Origin: Candidatus Woesearchaeota archaeon
GTDB lineage: Archaea; Nanobdellota; Nanobdellia; Woesearchaeales; UBA12501
DNA length: 64,000 nt
NCBI GenBank assembly: GCA_030651375.1
Contig: JAUSFM010000006.1
Span: 12,646 to 76,645, forward strand
Reading direction: 5' to 3'
Shown here: positions 35,419 through 43,831 of the stretch, piece by piece
Layout of the letters: each line of letters begins with the position of its first letter
How positions within the stretch are numbered: position 1 is the stretch's first letter
The notes under the pieces: generated by a model
Told to the model about the DNA's origin: nothing
Database searches by the model: none
What the model saw: the letters and a program-made list of their open reading frames with translations, nothing else
Made by a program: the position numbers and the translations under genes

Positions 35419-36408
35419 TCACTTCTCAGCGCGCACAAGAACATATTCAAGAAGCCCGTCCTTATGCGCTTTGTACAACGAATAATCACACCAGAATCCA
35501 AGCATGGTTGCAAACCTTCCCCTAATTTTTCTCTGGCGCGCAACATTGTCCGGCCGCTGCGCTTCGTGATAATAGCCCGGAATGGTTTGCGCCCCCACTT
35601 TTTGTATGGTGACGTTGCGGAAGCCGGCGTTTTCCAGCTGGGCCTTGTATTGTTCTGGTGTTACCACATTTGCTTTTGGGCACCGCCAAAGAAACCGTGC
35701 CGCATGCACCTTGATTTTTTCCATGATTTTTTTTGGCTGGTGATTCACCAGATAATCAGCAATGCTCACCACACCTCCCGGCTGCAGCACACGGTATGCT
35801 TCACGCATAAAATCTTCGCGCGTGTTGAAATGCACCGTGCCCTCAATACTGGTGACGTGCGAAAATGTCGTATCTGGAAATGGCAACTTGGTTGCCGTGC
35901 CATGGTGCGCAGTGATATGCTTGGCAAGCCCTGCTTTTTGCGCCCGCTGTTTTGTCCATTCAACATGCTTCCACGTCACATCCAATGCCTCAATTGTACA
36001 TCCAAACGTGGTGTGCAAGAAAACATCCTGCGTGCCCATGCCGCAGCCGACGTCAAGCAGCCTGCTTTCTTTTGTAAGGCCGGCCATGGTGCCGATTCTG
36101 TGCACAAGATTTTCTGCTGCGGCAACATAGTCAGTTATACCATCTTCCCACAGGCCGAAGTTCAGGTAGCCGTTGTGGTACTCGCCGAAATTTTCAGCCC
36201 CAACGCCATAGAATTTTTCAACGCGTGACTCGTGGGTTTTGGTGCCCCATGCCGTGCGGGTGCTCGGTACCTGTTTTGCTTTTTTTTGCTTTAATTGTTT
36301 TTGTTTTAATCGTTTCACTCTGCCACCTAAAAAAGAGAAAATGTGGGGGGTATTTAATGATTTCTTTTCAATCAACTTTAAATACCCATCTACCTTGTGT
36401 TCTCTCAT
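35419..36408 (-). CDS. Class I SAM-dependent methyltransferase
   Basis: LLDVGCGMGTQ (motif I), VSIADYLV and an overall CMAS/Methyltransf_11-like layout. Start ATG 36408. The alternative ATG 36516 would add a hydrophobic N-terminus but overlaps the plus-strand ORF. Confidence 0.7.
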   Translation of the reverse strand: MREHKVDGYLKLIEKKSLNTPHIFSFLGGRVKRLKQKQLKQKKAKQVPSTRTAWGTKTHESRVEKFYGVGAENFGEYHNGYLNFGLWEDGITDYVAAAENLVHRIGTMAGLTKESRLLDVGCGMGTQDVFLHTTFGCTIEALDVTWKHVEWTKQRAQKAGLAKHITAHHGTATKLPFPDTTFSHVTSIEGTVHFNTREDFMREAYRVLQPGGVVSIADYLVNHQPKKIMEKIKVHAARFLWRCPKANVVTPEQYKAQLENAGFRNVTIQKVGAQTIPGYYHEAQRPDNVARQRKIRGRFATMLGFWCDYSLYKAHKDGLLEYVLVRAEK

Positions 36409-36430
36409 CAACCAAAAAAGAGGCGATACT

Positions 36431-36682
36431 ATGAATCCAAAAAAAGTTGCAGTAACAGTGGGCATTATGTTTGCGGTGTTCCACACGCTGGGCGTGCTGC
36501 TGGTGCAGAAAGGCATGCTGGACTACTGGGGCAAGGTGCACCTTGTTTCAATCCAACACACGGTTCAACCCTTTATGCTCATGCCGTTTGTGCAGGGCAT
36601 TGTGACTGCGATTGTTTCCGGCCTTGTTGTTGGCTGGGTATTTGCAACCGTATGGAACTGGGTGGATAAGAAAGTCAAATAA
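36431..36682 (+). CDS. Small 2-TM membrane protein (83 aa)
   Basis: MNPKKVAVTVGIMFAVFHTLGVLLV...GIVTAIVSGLVVGWVFATVWNWV. Confidence 0.45.
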   Translation: MNPKKVAVTVGIMFAVFHTLGVLLVQKGMLDYWGKVHLVSIQHTVQPFMLMPFVQGIVTAIVSGLVVGWVFATVWNWVDKKVK

Positions 36683-36710
36683 GTTTATTTTTTTAATTCT
36701 CTTTTCTTTT

Positions 36711-36962
36711 TTATGCTATTTCCTGTCCGGGATTCTCTGCCTGGCAGCACACCTGCCCTTCAGTGCATGTTCCGCTGGACACCATATAATAACCAGATTC
36801 ACATTTGTCTGGCATGCACTGCCCGCCCATGCTCTTGCACTGCGCAGCGTTCGCCACTGGTGCATACACATAGTTCTTGATGATAATAACCATCACAATA
36901 ATGACGACGAGAATAAGAAGAATGTTTTTTAAATCAGTCCACTGGGCTTTTTGGTTGGCCAT
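36711..36962 (-). CDS. Six-cysteine mini-pilin, paralog B
   Basis: MANQKAQWTDLKNILLILVVIIVMVIIIKNY, then C-x6-C-x4-C-x11-C-x5-CC. First ATG is 36962. Confidence 0.65.
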   Translation of the reverse strand: MANQKAQWTDLKNILLILVVIIVMVIIIKNYVYAPVANAAQCKSMGGQCMPDKCESGYYMVSSGTCTEGQVCCQAENPGQEIA

Positions 36963-36970
36963 AGTCTCGC

Positions 36971-37261
36971 TCACACCGAACAGCAGGCGCCACTGTCGCA
37001 GTCTGCATTGACGATACTTCCACCGCGGTTTGTGCAGTCACTTTCATCTCGGCAGATGCGCGGGGTTCCCGGGATTTCACAGGCGTTGCCGGTAAATGCT
37101 TCCTGCTGCTTGCCGACTTGGGTGCTGCTCTCGCGCAGTTTGCCCGTAAAAATAACGATGATGACAACGAGCACAATCAGCGCGAGCACCGCAACAATAA
37201 TAGTGTTAATGCTCATGCTTTGCGCTTTGGTTCCTGCTGCACTTTTTTGCTTCAGCGTCAT
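36971..37261 (-). CDS. Six-cysteine mini-pilin, paralog C
   Basis: MTLKQKSAAGTKAQSMSINTIIVAVLALIVLVVIIVIFTGK, then C-x8-C-x5-C-x11-C-x4-CC. ATGA overlap with paralog D. Confidence 0.65.
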   Translation of the reverse strand: MTLKQKSAAGTKAQSMSINTIIVAVLALIVLVVIIVIFTGKLRESSTQVGKQQEAFTGNACEIPGTPRICRDESDCTNRGGSIVNADCDSGACCSV

Positions 37262-37521
37262 GATTCATCTCCTGCAATAACACAGCACACGCTGCCCTGC
37301 TGGCAGTCGCTGGAGAATGTTGCTGACTGAATCATGTTCTGTGGGCATGTTTCGCGGCATTCACCCTGATATTTTCCAAACGACAGCAGGCCGCCGCACT
37401 TGGTCACATCCTTGCTCGTCTGGGCAGTCTTGCCCGTGAAGATAATTATAACTACCACAATAATAACGAGTGCAAGAAGCATGGCAACAATCTGATTCCA
37501 GGCAAGTTCAGCCTTTTTCAT
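37258..37521 (-). CDS. Six-cysteine mini-pilin, paralog D
   Basis: MKKAELAWNQIVAMLLALVIIVVVIIIFTGK, then C-x12-C-x3-C-x13-C-x5-CC. Confidence 0.65.
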   Translation of the reverse strand: MKKAELAWNQIVAMLLALVIIVVVIIIFTGKTAQTSKDVTKCGGLLSFGKYQGECRETCPQNMIQSATFSSDCQQGSVCCVIAGDES

Positions 37522-37532
37522 GTCGTGCCTTT

Positions 37533-37808
37533 TTATCCTTCAATATTCTGCTCGGTACCTGCGATGTTCAGGCAGCAGATGCCTTGGTCAGGGCAGGTGT
37601 AGCCGCTCATGACTTTCTGCTCTGCACCGCCGCATTCACTGGCATCAGCAATGCACACTGCATTGTTGCCGAGCGTTGCGCAGTTCTTGGTCTCCTTAGT
37701 GAAGCCGCCAATCTTGCCGGTAAAAATCATGGCAAGAACGACAAGAACAAGCAATGCAAGAATTGCAATGATAATCGCGTTCAGGGAAATTCCTTGTGCT
37801 TTTTTCAT
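37533..37808 (-). CDS. Six-cysteine mini-pilin, paralog E
   Basis: MKKAQGISLNAIIIAILALLVLVVLAMIFTGK, then C-x8-C-x6-C-x12-C-x5-CC. GAGGTG lies 8 nt upstream of ATG 37808. Confidence 0.7.
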   Translation of the reverse strand: MKKAQGISLNAIIIAILALLVLVVLAMIFTGKIGGFTKETKNCATLGNNAVCIADASECGGAEQKVMSGYTCPDQGICCLNIAGTEQNIEG

Positions 37809-37854
37809 ATCTCTGCACCTCACTTATTGGTTAAGATGATATGGGTGGGGAGGG

Positions 37855-37864
37855 TTTATAAATT
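37855..37864 (-). promoter_or_regulatory. Internal TATA box in front of the mini-pilin genes E-D-C-B
   Basis: TTTATAAATT lies in the 84-bp gap, about 50 nt upstream of ATG 37808. Confidence 0.45.
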
Positions 37865-37907
37865 TTGTGACGATTGACTACATCTACTTCATCATCTAGT
37901 AACCCGT

Positions 37908-38438
37908 TCAATAGCACACTTTCAATTCCAGCGTCAGGTCAAAGAGCAGCGGCTGGGCAGCGGTTTCAAACGTGGGGCAGGCGTCGTTGAACTGTTCACT
38001 TTTTACTGCCCCTTCCAGCAAATCTTCCTGAGTGCCTGGTTCTCCACGAAGCAGGCGAAGCTGGTACTGATGCTGGAACCTGCCGAGCATATTATCAAGA
38101 ATTCCTTTGAGGGTTGTTTTTAAATAATCACATGAGCTCATGACTGTTTGTGTCGCATCAGTGCAGGTCATGCTTCGCGCAAAGCCGCAGTCCTGTATCA
38201 CATCAGCCATTTTCTCGTCGTTGCACGTGCTCACCACCTCGACAATCGACGTGATAATTGTTTTGGGCAGTTCTCTTCGCTGGAATTCCTCCTGCGTCTT
38301 TTTCGGCGGCTCGGCGGAATATTTCGCAAGGTACACAATTCCAATAGTGATGAGTATAACTACCAGCGCAATGCCCATGATCTCCGCTTGTCCGCGCTTG
38401 TTGAATCTGTTGTTAAGTTTGTTTTTCATTTTCATCAT
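37908..38438 (-). CDS. Pilin-like (class III signal) protein
   Basis: MMKMKNKLNNRFNKRGQAEIMGIALVVILITIGIVYL. Confidence 0.65.
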   Translation of the reverse strand: MMKMKNKLNNRFNKRGQAEIMGIALVVILITIGIVYLAKYSAEPPKKTQEEFQRRELPKTIITSIVEVVSTCNDEKMADVIQDCGFARSMTCTDATQTVMSSCDYLKTTLKGILDNMLGRFQHQYQLRLLRGEPGTQEDLLEGAVKSEQFNDACPTFETAAQPLLFDLTLELKVCY

Positions 38439-38453
38439 GTGTCCTCATGCCAC

Positions 38454-39053
38454 TTAACTAAACCGTGTGCGGTATGCTTCAATAACCAACATTCCAAGAG
38501 CATCTTTGCGTACGCTCCCCTTGGTCTCGTCGCGAAGTGTAATCGGAATAAAGGTGGGGAATTTTTCCCACGATACTGTATTTTCTTCAGGATGGTTATC
38601 ATACAGCGTGATGCGGTTGAGGGCAGCAGGCGCATCACCTATGGCCTCTGCTGTTTCAAACGGAATGGTGGCCGTGTCTGGCTGCGGGAACACTTGTTCT
38701 ACATATATCGTACTGTCACGCAACTCTGTTTCATACAACAAAAACGCAGTTTCATCAAATCCGGGCTTGTTCCTATTCACCTTGTTCGCAAACGCCACCA
38801 CCTTATGCAGGTCAAAACAATTCTCATTTATCACGCCGTTTTCGCTGCAGGCCAGCTCGGGGTAAAACGAAACTTTCAATGCAATGCGCACGGCTTCGCG
38901 CTCAAAGCTGTCTGCTGCGGAACGCTGCATGGATGTTTTCTGGTACTGCGCATACAGCACCAGCCCGATGCCTAACAAGATAAAAAAGGCGAGCAGTACC
39001 ATGATTGTTTCGCCCATCTGCATCTGCGCCCTGCGCGCTTGTGTGTGTTTCAT
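38454..39053 (-). CDS. Pilin-like (class III signal) protein
   Basis: MKHTQARRAQMQMGETIMVLLAFFILLGIGLVLY. Confidence 0.6.
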   Translation of the reverse strand: MKHTQARRAQMQMGETIMVLLAFFILLGIGLVLYAQYQKTSMQRSAADSFEREAVRIALKVSFYPELACSENGVINENCFDLHKVVAFANKVNRNKPGFDETAFLLYETELRDSTIYVEQVFPQPDTATIPFETAEAIGDAPAALNRITLYDNHPEENTVSWEKFPTFIPITLRDETKGSVRKDALGMLVIEAYRTRFS

Positions 39054-39071
39054 ACGTTCCCTAGTAACTTA

Positions 39072-40211
39072 TTAGTACAGTGCCGGACAGCTGTTCAGCA
39101 CCGCGTCTTTATTTGCTTGATTAGCAGCTTTCAGCCGCTGCGTAAATTCTTCACTCTTGACTGAAATGGTAATCTCATTGTTCTCGTTTGCCGCCATCGC
39201 CGCATCTATGCTTGCCAGTGCAGCACCTCCTTGCGCCGCAATGACAGCGCACTGCTGCATTTCTGTGCTCGTGATGGCCGCACCACCAGAATTGTAAAAC
39301 GCCTGCAATGCATCAGCCCGATCGCGTGAAATTTCAACCACCTGTGTCGCCCGGCGCAGTGCCCTGCTCATAAGGCACGTGTACATATTCTGGTCTTTTG
39401 CAAATACCGCGCCGATAAACGAGGGAAAGCCAAGCGTAAATGGCGAACCGCCAGACTGTTCCGCTTGCCAACCAGTTCCTTGTTTCTGATAAAACGCCAG
39501 CGGACTGCTCTGTAGGTTTTCCTCGTCACCAATCAAATTTTCATTCACTACGACTGCGCTGACTTGTGCGTCGCCAACTCCTGCGAACGAAGGCGGAAGT
39601 GCCGGCGGTTGTGTGGCTATGTCGTCTGAATTGATAATAAATTTCACAAACGGATTATTCTCATAGTTCAGGGTTGTCACGTCGGTTGGTTGGATAAACG
39701 CATAATCAATTTTCTCACCTTCCTGCGCCAGCGGAAAATCAAGCAGCGTGCTTATTTTTTCCTGCATCGGCCCAAAATTCACAAAATAATATTTTATCGA
39801 TGGAGACGTCATCATAATCATGGTATTCGTGCGCATCGGCAGGTCAAAACTCATCGTAATGGTCAGAAGCTTTTTCGTGGCCAGCTCTGCCGGCGCAAAA
39901 ATCAGCACCGTGCCGCTCGCAATGCGCTGGTCCATCACGCGGTATTCAGTGCATTCAAACTGAATGGGCACATCAGCGATGTCAATCGGCTGCTTTGCTC
40001 CAGGAGAAACTCCTCTGCCGGAAAAAATCAGCTCCAGCTGGGAGGCAAGCTCAACGCCGAGCTTATTTTTTGAAAGCTGCTGCTGATAACTAATGACCGT
40101 CATGAAAAAAAACAGGATAAGCCCGCCGGCTATCATAATGAAAATCCAGTTGAACTGCACTTCAACAATGCCTCGTTTTGAACATCGTGGAAATGGTTTG
40201 ATGCGTTTCAT
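39072..40211 (-). CDS. Large pilin-like (class III signal) protein
   Basis: MKRIKPFPRCSKRGIVEVQFNWIFIMIAGGLILFFF. Start ATG 40211 lies 4 nt after the upstream stop. Confidence 0.6.
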   Translation of the reverse strand: MKRIKPFPRCSKRGIVEVQFNWIFIMIAGGLILFFFMTVISYQQQLSKNKLGVELASQLELIFSGRGVSPGAKQPIDIADVPIQFECTEYRVMDQRIASGTVLIFAPAELATKKLLTITMSFDLPMRTNTMIMMTSPSIKYYFVNFGPMQEKISTLLDFPLAQEGEKIDYAFIQPTDVTTLNYENNPFVKFIINSDDIATQPPALPPSFAGVGDAQVSAVVVNENLIGDEENLQSSPLAFYQKQGTGWQAEQSGGSPFTLGFPSFIGAVFAKDQNMYTCLMSRALRRATQVVEISRDRADALQAFYNSGGAAITSTEMQQCAVIAAQGGAALASIDAAMAANENNEITISVKSEEFTQRLKAANQANKDAVLNSCPALY

Positions 40212-40215
40212 GGTT

Positions 40216-43200
40216 TCATAACCGCTCAAGCTCGTCAAAAAGATCGTCATCACTTTTTTGAGCTGCACGCTCGTGCTCTTCAGCTTTTGCATTCTTTTGC
40301 TGCGCAGGCGCTTGGTTTTGTGGGGGAAACATTTTTCCTGGCACCACGCGCGGCCGTGCCGGCTCGTGCTCTTGTTTTCGCTGCAGTGCCGTGAGCGGAA
40401 GCCATTCGCTTACCGCGTCAGGAAGTTGTTCAACGACTTTGCCTGCCAGCTGGGTGCCTGCTTTTGCAGCAGTGCGCACGAGATGTGCTGCGGCATGCGC
40501 CGCATGCATCGGCCGGAGGAACGTCACTGGCTGGCCTGTTTTTCCCTTAGACTGAAAGACCCCTGTTTTTTTGGTGAAGCGGTCAATAACCGTGCCGCGT
40601 TCGCGCTCACGCGTTTCAACACGCTGGCGCCGTCGTGCAAGCCCTGTTTCCTGCACGCGCTGTGCAGCTTCAACTGCCTTTTTTTGCTCGGTATCACCCG
40701 ATGAAATCGGTTTGAAAGGTGCGATAAGGGCGGGTTTCGGCACCAATGTTGGTGACGTGGATGCCAAGAAGCCCGCCCCTCCACCAATAAGAAGTATTCC
40801 TATAATAAAAAGAATATTTGATTTTACAAACGCCCACACCGCGCTTGGCTGCGCTTGCTCTGTCTTTTTTTCCTGCGTGCCGCCTGGCAGCACACCGCAT
40901 CGTCCGAGGTTGCAAATGCCTGACGTGCAGTCATCAGCAGAGGCGCACGCTCTTCCCGGTTTGCATTTGTTTGGGCATGCAGTGCCGCAGTCAACATCGC
41001 TTTCATTTCCATTTGCTGCATTGTCTGCACAGGTTGGAAGTTGGCAGGTTTTGGTTGTTTTGACATCGCAATAACTGCTGATACAATCGTTGTCAAATCC
41101 ACACGCCTTGTTCAAGTCGCAGCGTGAGCACACTAATCCACCACAGTCAGAATCAGTTTCATCGCCGTTCTTGCGCACGTCATCACATTTCGGCGGTACA
41201 CAGCGGCCTTCAAGGCAATATTCTCCCAGACAATCAAAATCAGTCTGGCAGCTATCGCCTTCTCCACATGTGTTGCCACAACTTCCTCCACAGTCCGTGC
41301 CGGTTTCGTCGCCATCTTTGATGCTATTGCTGCACGTCTGGGGCACCGTTACAACAATTCTTTCCCTGCCGGATGCCTTGTTGCCGAGCGTGTCCGCCAC
41401 TTCCCAGCACATTTCACGCGTGCGGTGAACAGATACTGGCTGGGCAGCGTCAACATGGTTTGAGGGCGTGCAGGTTTCTGCGCTGCCGGTTCCGATTGTC
41501 GTGTTTGTTGCGCCCAGCAGATTTTCACCACCAAGCCCGAACAAGAATGTTGTGTCATCACAGCCGCTTTCATCATCACACACTGGAGTCACTTCAACGG
41601 TTCCGGGCGATGACTTTTTCTGCAGCACCACTTCTGGCGGGTCATGCTCAAGGCAGTCCGGATGCTGCGGGTCATAATTCAGGATGAGCGGTGATGCAGG
41701 CCCTTCAAGCCCGACGTTGTTGACCGCAGAAATGATAATCGTGTGGGTGAATGCAGGAACCTTTCCGCTGCTTCCTCCCGTGTCGTCGGTGTTGGTTTCT
41801 GATGCCGGCGCCTTGGCTTCTATGCTCGGCAATTTTCCCGTGCCGTCCCTGCCGCCAAAGGTTCCGTTCTTTTCAGTTTCTGCAACAAAATAACGGAACA
41901 TCCTGATGCTGGACTGCGTATCCGTTGCAGTAACCGCAAGATCAAGATCAAATCGTTCAGGAGTGCAGCTCGTGGTCGAGCCGTTGAAGCTTGGGGCATT
42001 AGGCGGGCTGGTGTCAATCAAAAAAAGATGCTCTTTTACCGAGCGCTGCTGCGTGCCAGCAGTGCTGCTTTCGCACGTTACTTGCATGGTGTATCTTCCA
42101 TCGGCAAGCGTGCCCAGATCAGCGCTGTGCGTTTTGCCCGGATTGCGTTCATCCTCCAAAAACGCGGTCTGGTTTTCCAGCGTGTAATAACAGCGGGAAA
42201 TTTTGTTCGTGGTAAAATTGAGTGTTGCAATGTTACTGTTTGACTCGCTTTTTGGCGATGAAATCTCAATATGAATTGGCTCGGTCAAATCAATGGTGAC
42301 TCCTGCAGGAACTTCTTGAGATAGCTGTCCCGTTCTGTCTTCACACCGCACAAAAAATACTTTGCTTAATTTTGTTTCCGGCTCCGGAAGTTCAATCTTC
42401 TGGTGGTTTATTGTTTTATAGGAACCAAATTCTTCACGTGCATAGCCGTCAAACGGGCTCATGCTGTCGAACGGCAGCCCTCCCTGCAGTGCATACTTGC
42501 ATTGGACGTCTTCATTTGCCTCAACAACAAGGTCTGAAAAAAAGTGGTGGTCATCAGGAATCTCGACAAGCAGATTGGGATCAAACGCCGCTTTCCGGAT
42601 GGTTGGTGGTTCAGTATCGACGTATATTTCCGCTTTAGTCTGGCCAATTTCTCCCTCGGGTGTCTGGCAGATAAGGAAAAAATTGTTTCCGCGCCGGTTT
42701 GGCGTCAGGTCAATAAACGGCTCGCGGGACAGCGTTGGAAACGCATGCGTCGGCCCAAACATATTTGACGAGACCATCCCCTGCAGCAGAAACCGGAATT
42801 TTGGATCACGCTGGCTGTACTTGCACATGGTGTTGAGTGGCGCGTCATTCTTGAACGTGCTCACCTCAACCGTTACATTTCTCTCACGGGAAGCGCCCAG
42901 TCGCGGTCGCGTCACCTGTATTTTCATTGTTTCATAATCAACTGCAAAAAACTGGCGGAATGTTGCTTCATTACCCACCATGTCTTTGGCGTGTATCTCC
43001 ACGACGTAAAATCCTGGCGGTAGCGCATGGCTCGGCTCGAGGCGCCAGCGTTCTCTGATTTCCCGCGACGGGATGCCGTCGATAATGTCAATAAACCCAC
43101 CGGGAGGAATTGCTTCTTCAGTGAAGTTTTCAAACTCAGGTGTTTTTTCCTGCACAAAAAAGATGCGTCCGGTCATCAACGACACGGGCTCGTCAAAGGC

Positions 43201-43803
43201 CACGACAATCTTTGGAAGCGGAGTAAATGATTCTTTAATCTGAATCACTGCCTGAAGACCTGCGCCTGCTGATTGGGTTGTTGATGCTTCTGGAGTGCTC
43301 GCCTCTGCAGATCCTGCCTGTTGTTCACGAAGCCCCCCAAGCAGTCCGCGCAGAAAGTCGTTGAGCGCGTTTTGGGAGTTTGCATCGGGCTGTGCTGGTT
43401 CTTGTCCGGCTGTTTGTTCGTTCGGTGGTGCTCCCCCCGTTTCCGGAACTGGATCAGATTCAGGTGCAGTGGGTGGTGCCTGCACCACCACGCGTCCGGC
43501 CATGCCTGGATGAATAGTGCAGTGATACGCAAATGTTCCGGCGTGGTCAAAGGTGTGCGAAAAAGTTTGGCCGTGCTGTTTGGTACCTGACTCAAATGCA
43601 TTGTTGTCGGCAGTTATGGTGTGCGGTGCATTATCATTGTTTGTCCAGATGACACTATCCCCCTCATTAACAGTGATGGCGGCAGGCGAAAATGCGAGGT
43701 TGTTGATAGACACACTTACACGGCTTGCCGAGACACAGAAACTTGCAAGTACTATCAGTATCGTGAAGAGTGCGCTGTTTCCAATGATTTTTTTTCGGTT
43801 CAT
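40216..43803 (-). CDS. 1195-aa membrane-anchored surface protein: signal peptide, cupredoxin (type-1 Cu) domain, beta-rich region, 3 Cys-rich modules, TM anchor, basic tail
   Basis: Cupredoxin region reads ITVNEGDSVIWTNNDNAPHTITAD...GTFAYHCTIHPGMAGRVVVQ, giving the H, C, H and M ligands. Three repeats of C-x6-G-[DN]-E-[ST]-x-[ST]-D-C-G... follow. TM is ILFIIGILLIGGGAGFLAS. Confidence 0.75.
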   Translation of the reverse strand: MNRKKIIGNSALFTILIVLASFCVSASRVSVSINNLAFSPAAITVNEGDSVIWTNNDNAPHTITADNNAFESGTKQHGQTFSHTFDHAGTFAYHCTIHPGMAGRVVVQAPPTAPESDPVPETGGAPPNEQTAGQEPAQPDANSQNALNDFLRGLLGGLREQQAGSAEASTPEASTTQSAGAGLQAVIQIKESFTPLPKIVVAFDEPVSLMTGRIFFVQEKTPEFENFTEEAIPPGGFIDIIDGIPSREIRERWRLEPSHALPPGFYVVEIHAKDMVGNEATFRQFFAVDYETMKIQVTRPRLGASRERNVTVEVSTFKNDAPLNTMCKYSQRDPKFRFLLQGMVSSNMFGPTHAFPTLSREPFIDLTPNRRGNNFFLICQTPEGEIGQTKAEIYVDTEPPTIRKAAFDPNLLVEIPDDHHFFSDLVVEANEDVQCKYALQGGLPFDSMSPFDGYAREEFGSYKTINHQKIELPEPETKLSKVFFVRCEDRTGQLSQEVPAGVTIDLTEPIHIEISSPKSESNSNIATLNFTTNKISRCYYTLENQTAFLEDERNPGKTHSADLGTLADGRYTMQVTCESSTAGTQQRSVKEHLFLIDTSPPNAPSFNGSTTSCTPERFDLDLAVTATDTQSSIRMFRYFVAETEKNGTFGGRDGTGKLPSIEAKAPASETNTDDTGGSSGKVPAFTHTIIISAVNNVGLEGPASPLILNYDPQHPDCLEHDPPEVVLQKKSSPGTVEVTPVCDDESGCDDTTFLFGLGGENLLGATNTTIGTGSAETCTPSNHVDAAQPVSVHRTREMCWEVADTLGNKASGRERIVVTVPQTCSNSIKDGDETGTDCGGSCGNTCGEGDSCQTDFDCLGEYCLEGRCVPPKCDDVRKNGDETDSDCGGLVCSRCDLNKACGFDNDCISSYCDVKTTKTCQLPTCADNAANGNESDVDCGTACPNKCKPGRACASADDCTSGICNLGRCGVLPGGTQEKKTEQAQPSAVWAFVKSNILFIIGILLIGGGAGFLASTSPTLVPKPALIAPFKPISSGDTEQKKAVEAAQRVQETGLARRRQRVETRERERGTVIDRFTKKTGVFQSKGKTGQPVTFLRPMHAAHAAAHLVRTAAKAGTQLAGKVVEQLPDAVSEWLPLTALQRKQEHEPARPRVVPGKMFPPQNQAPAQQKNAKAEEHERAAQKSDDDLFDELERL

Positions 43804-43831
43804 GAGTCTTCTTACGTCATATCTTCTCGTT

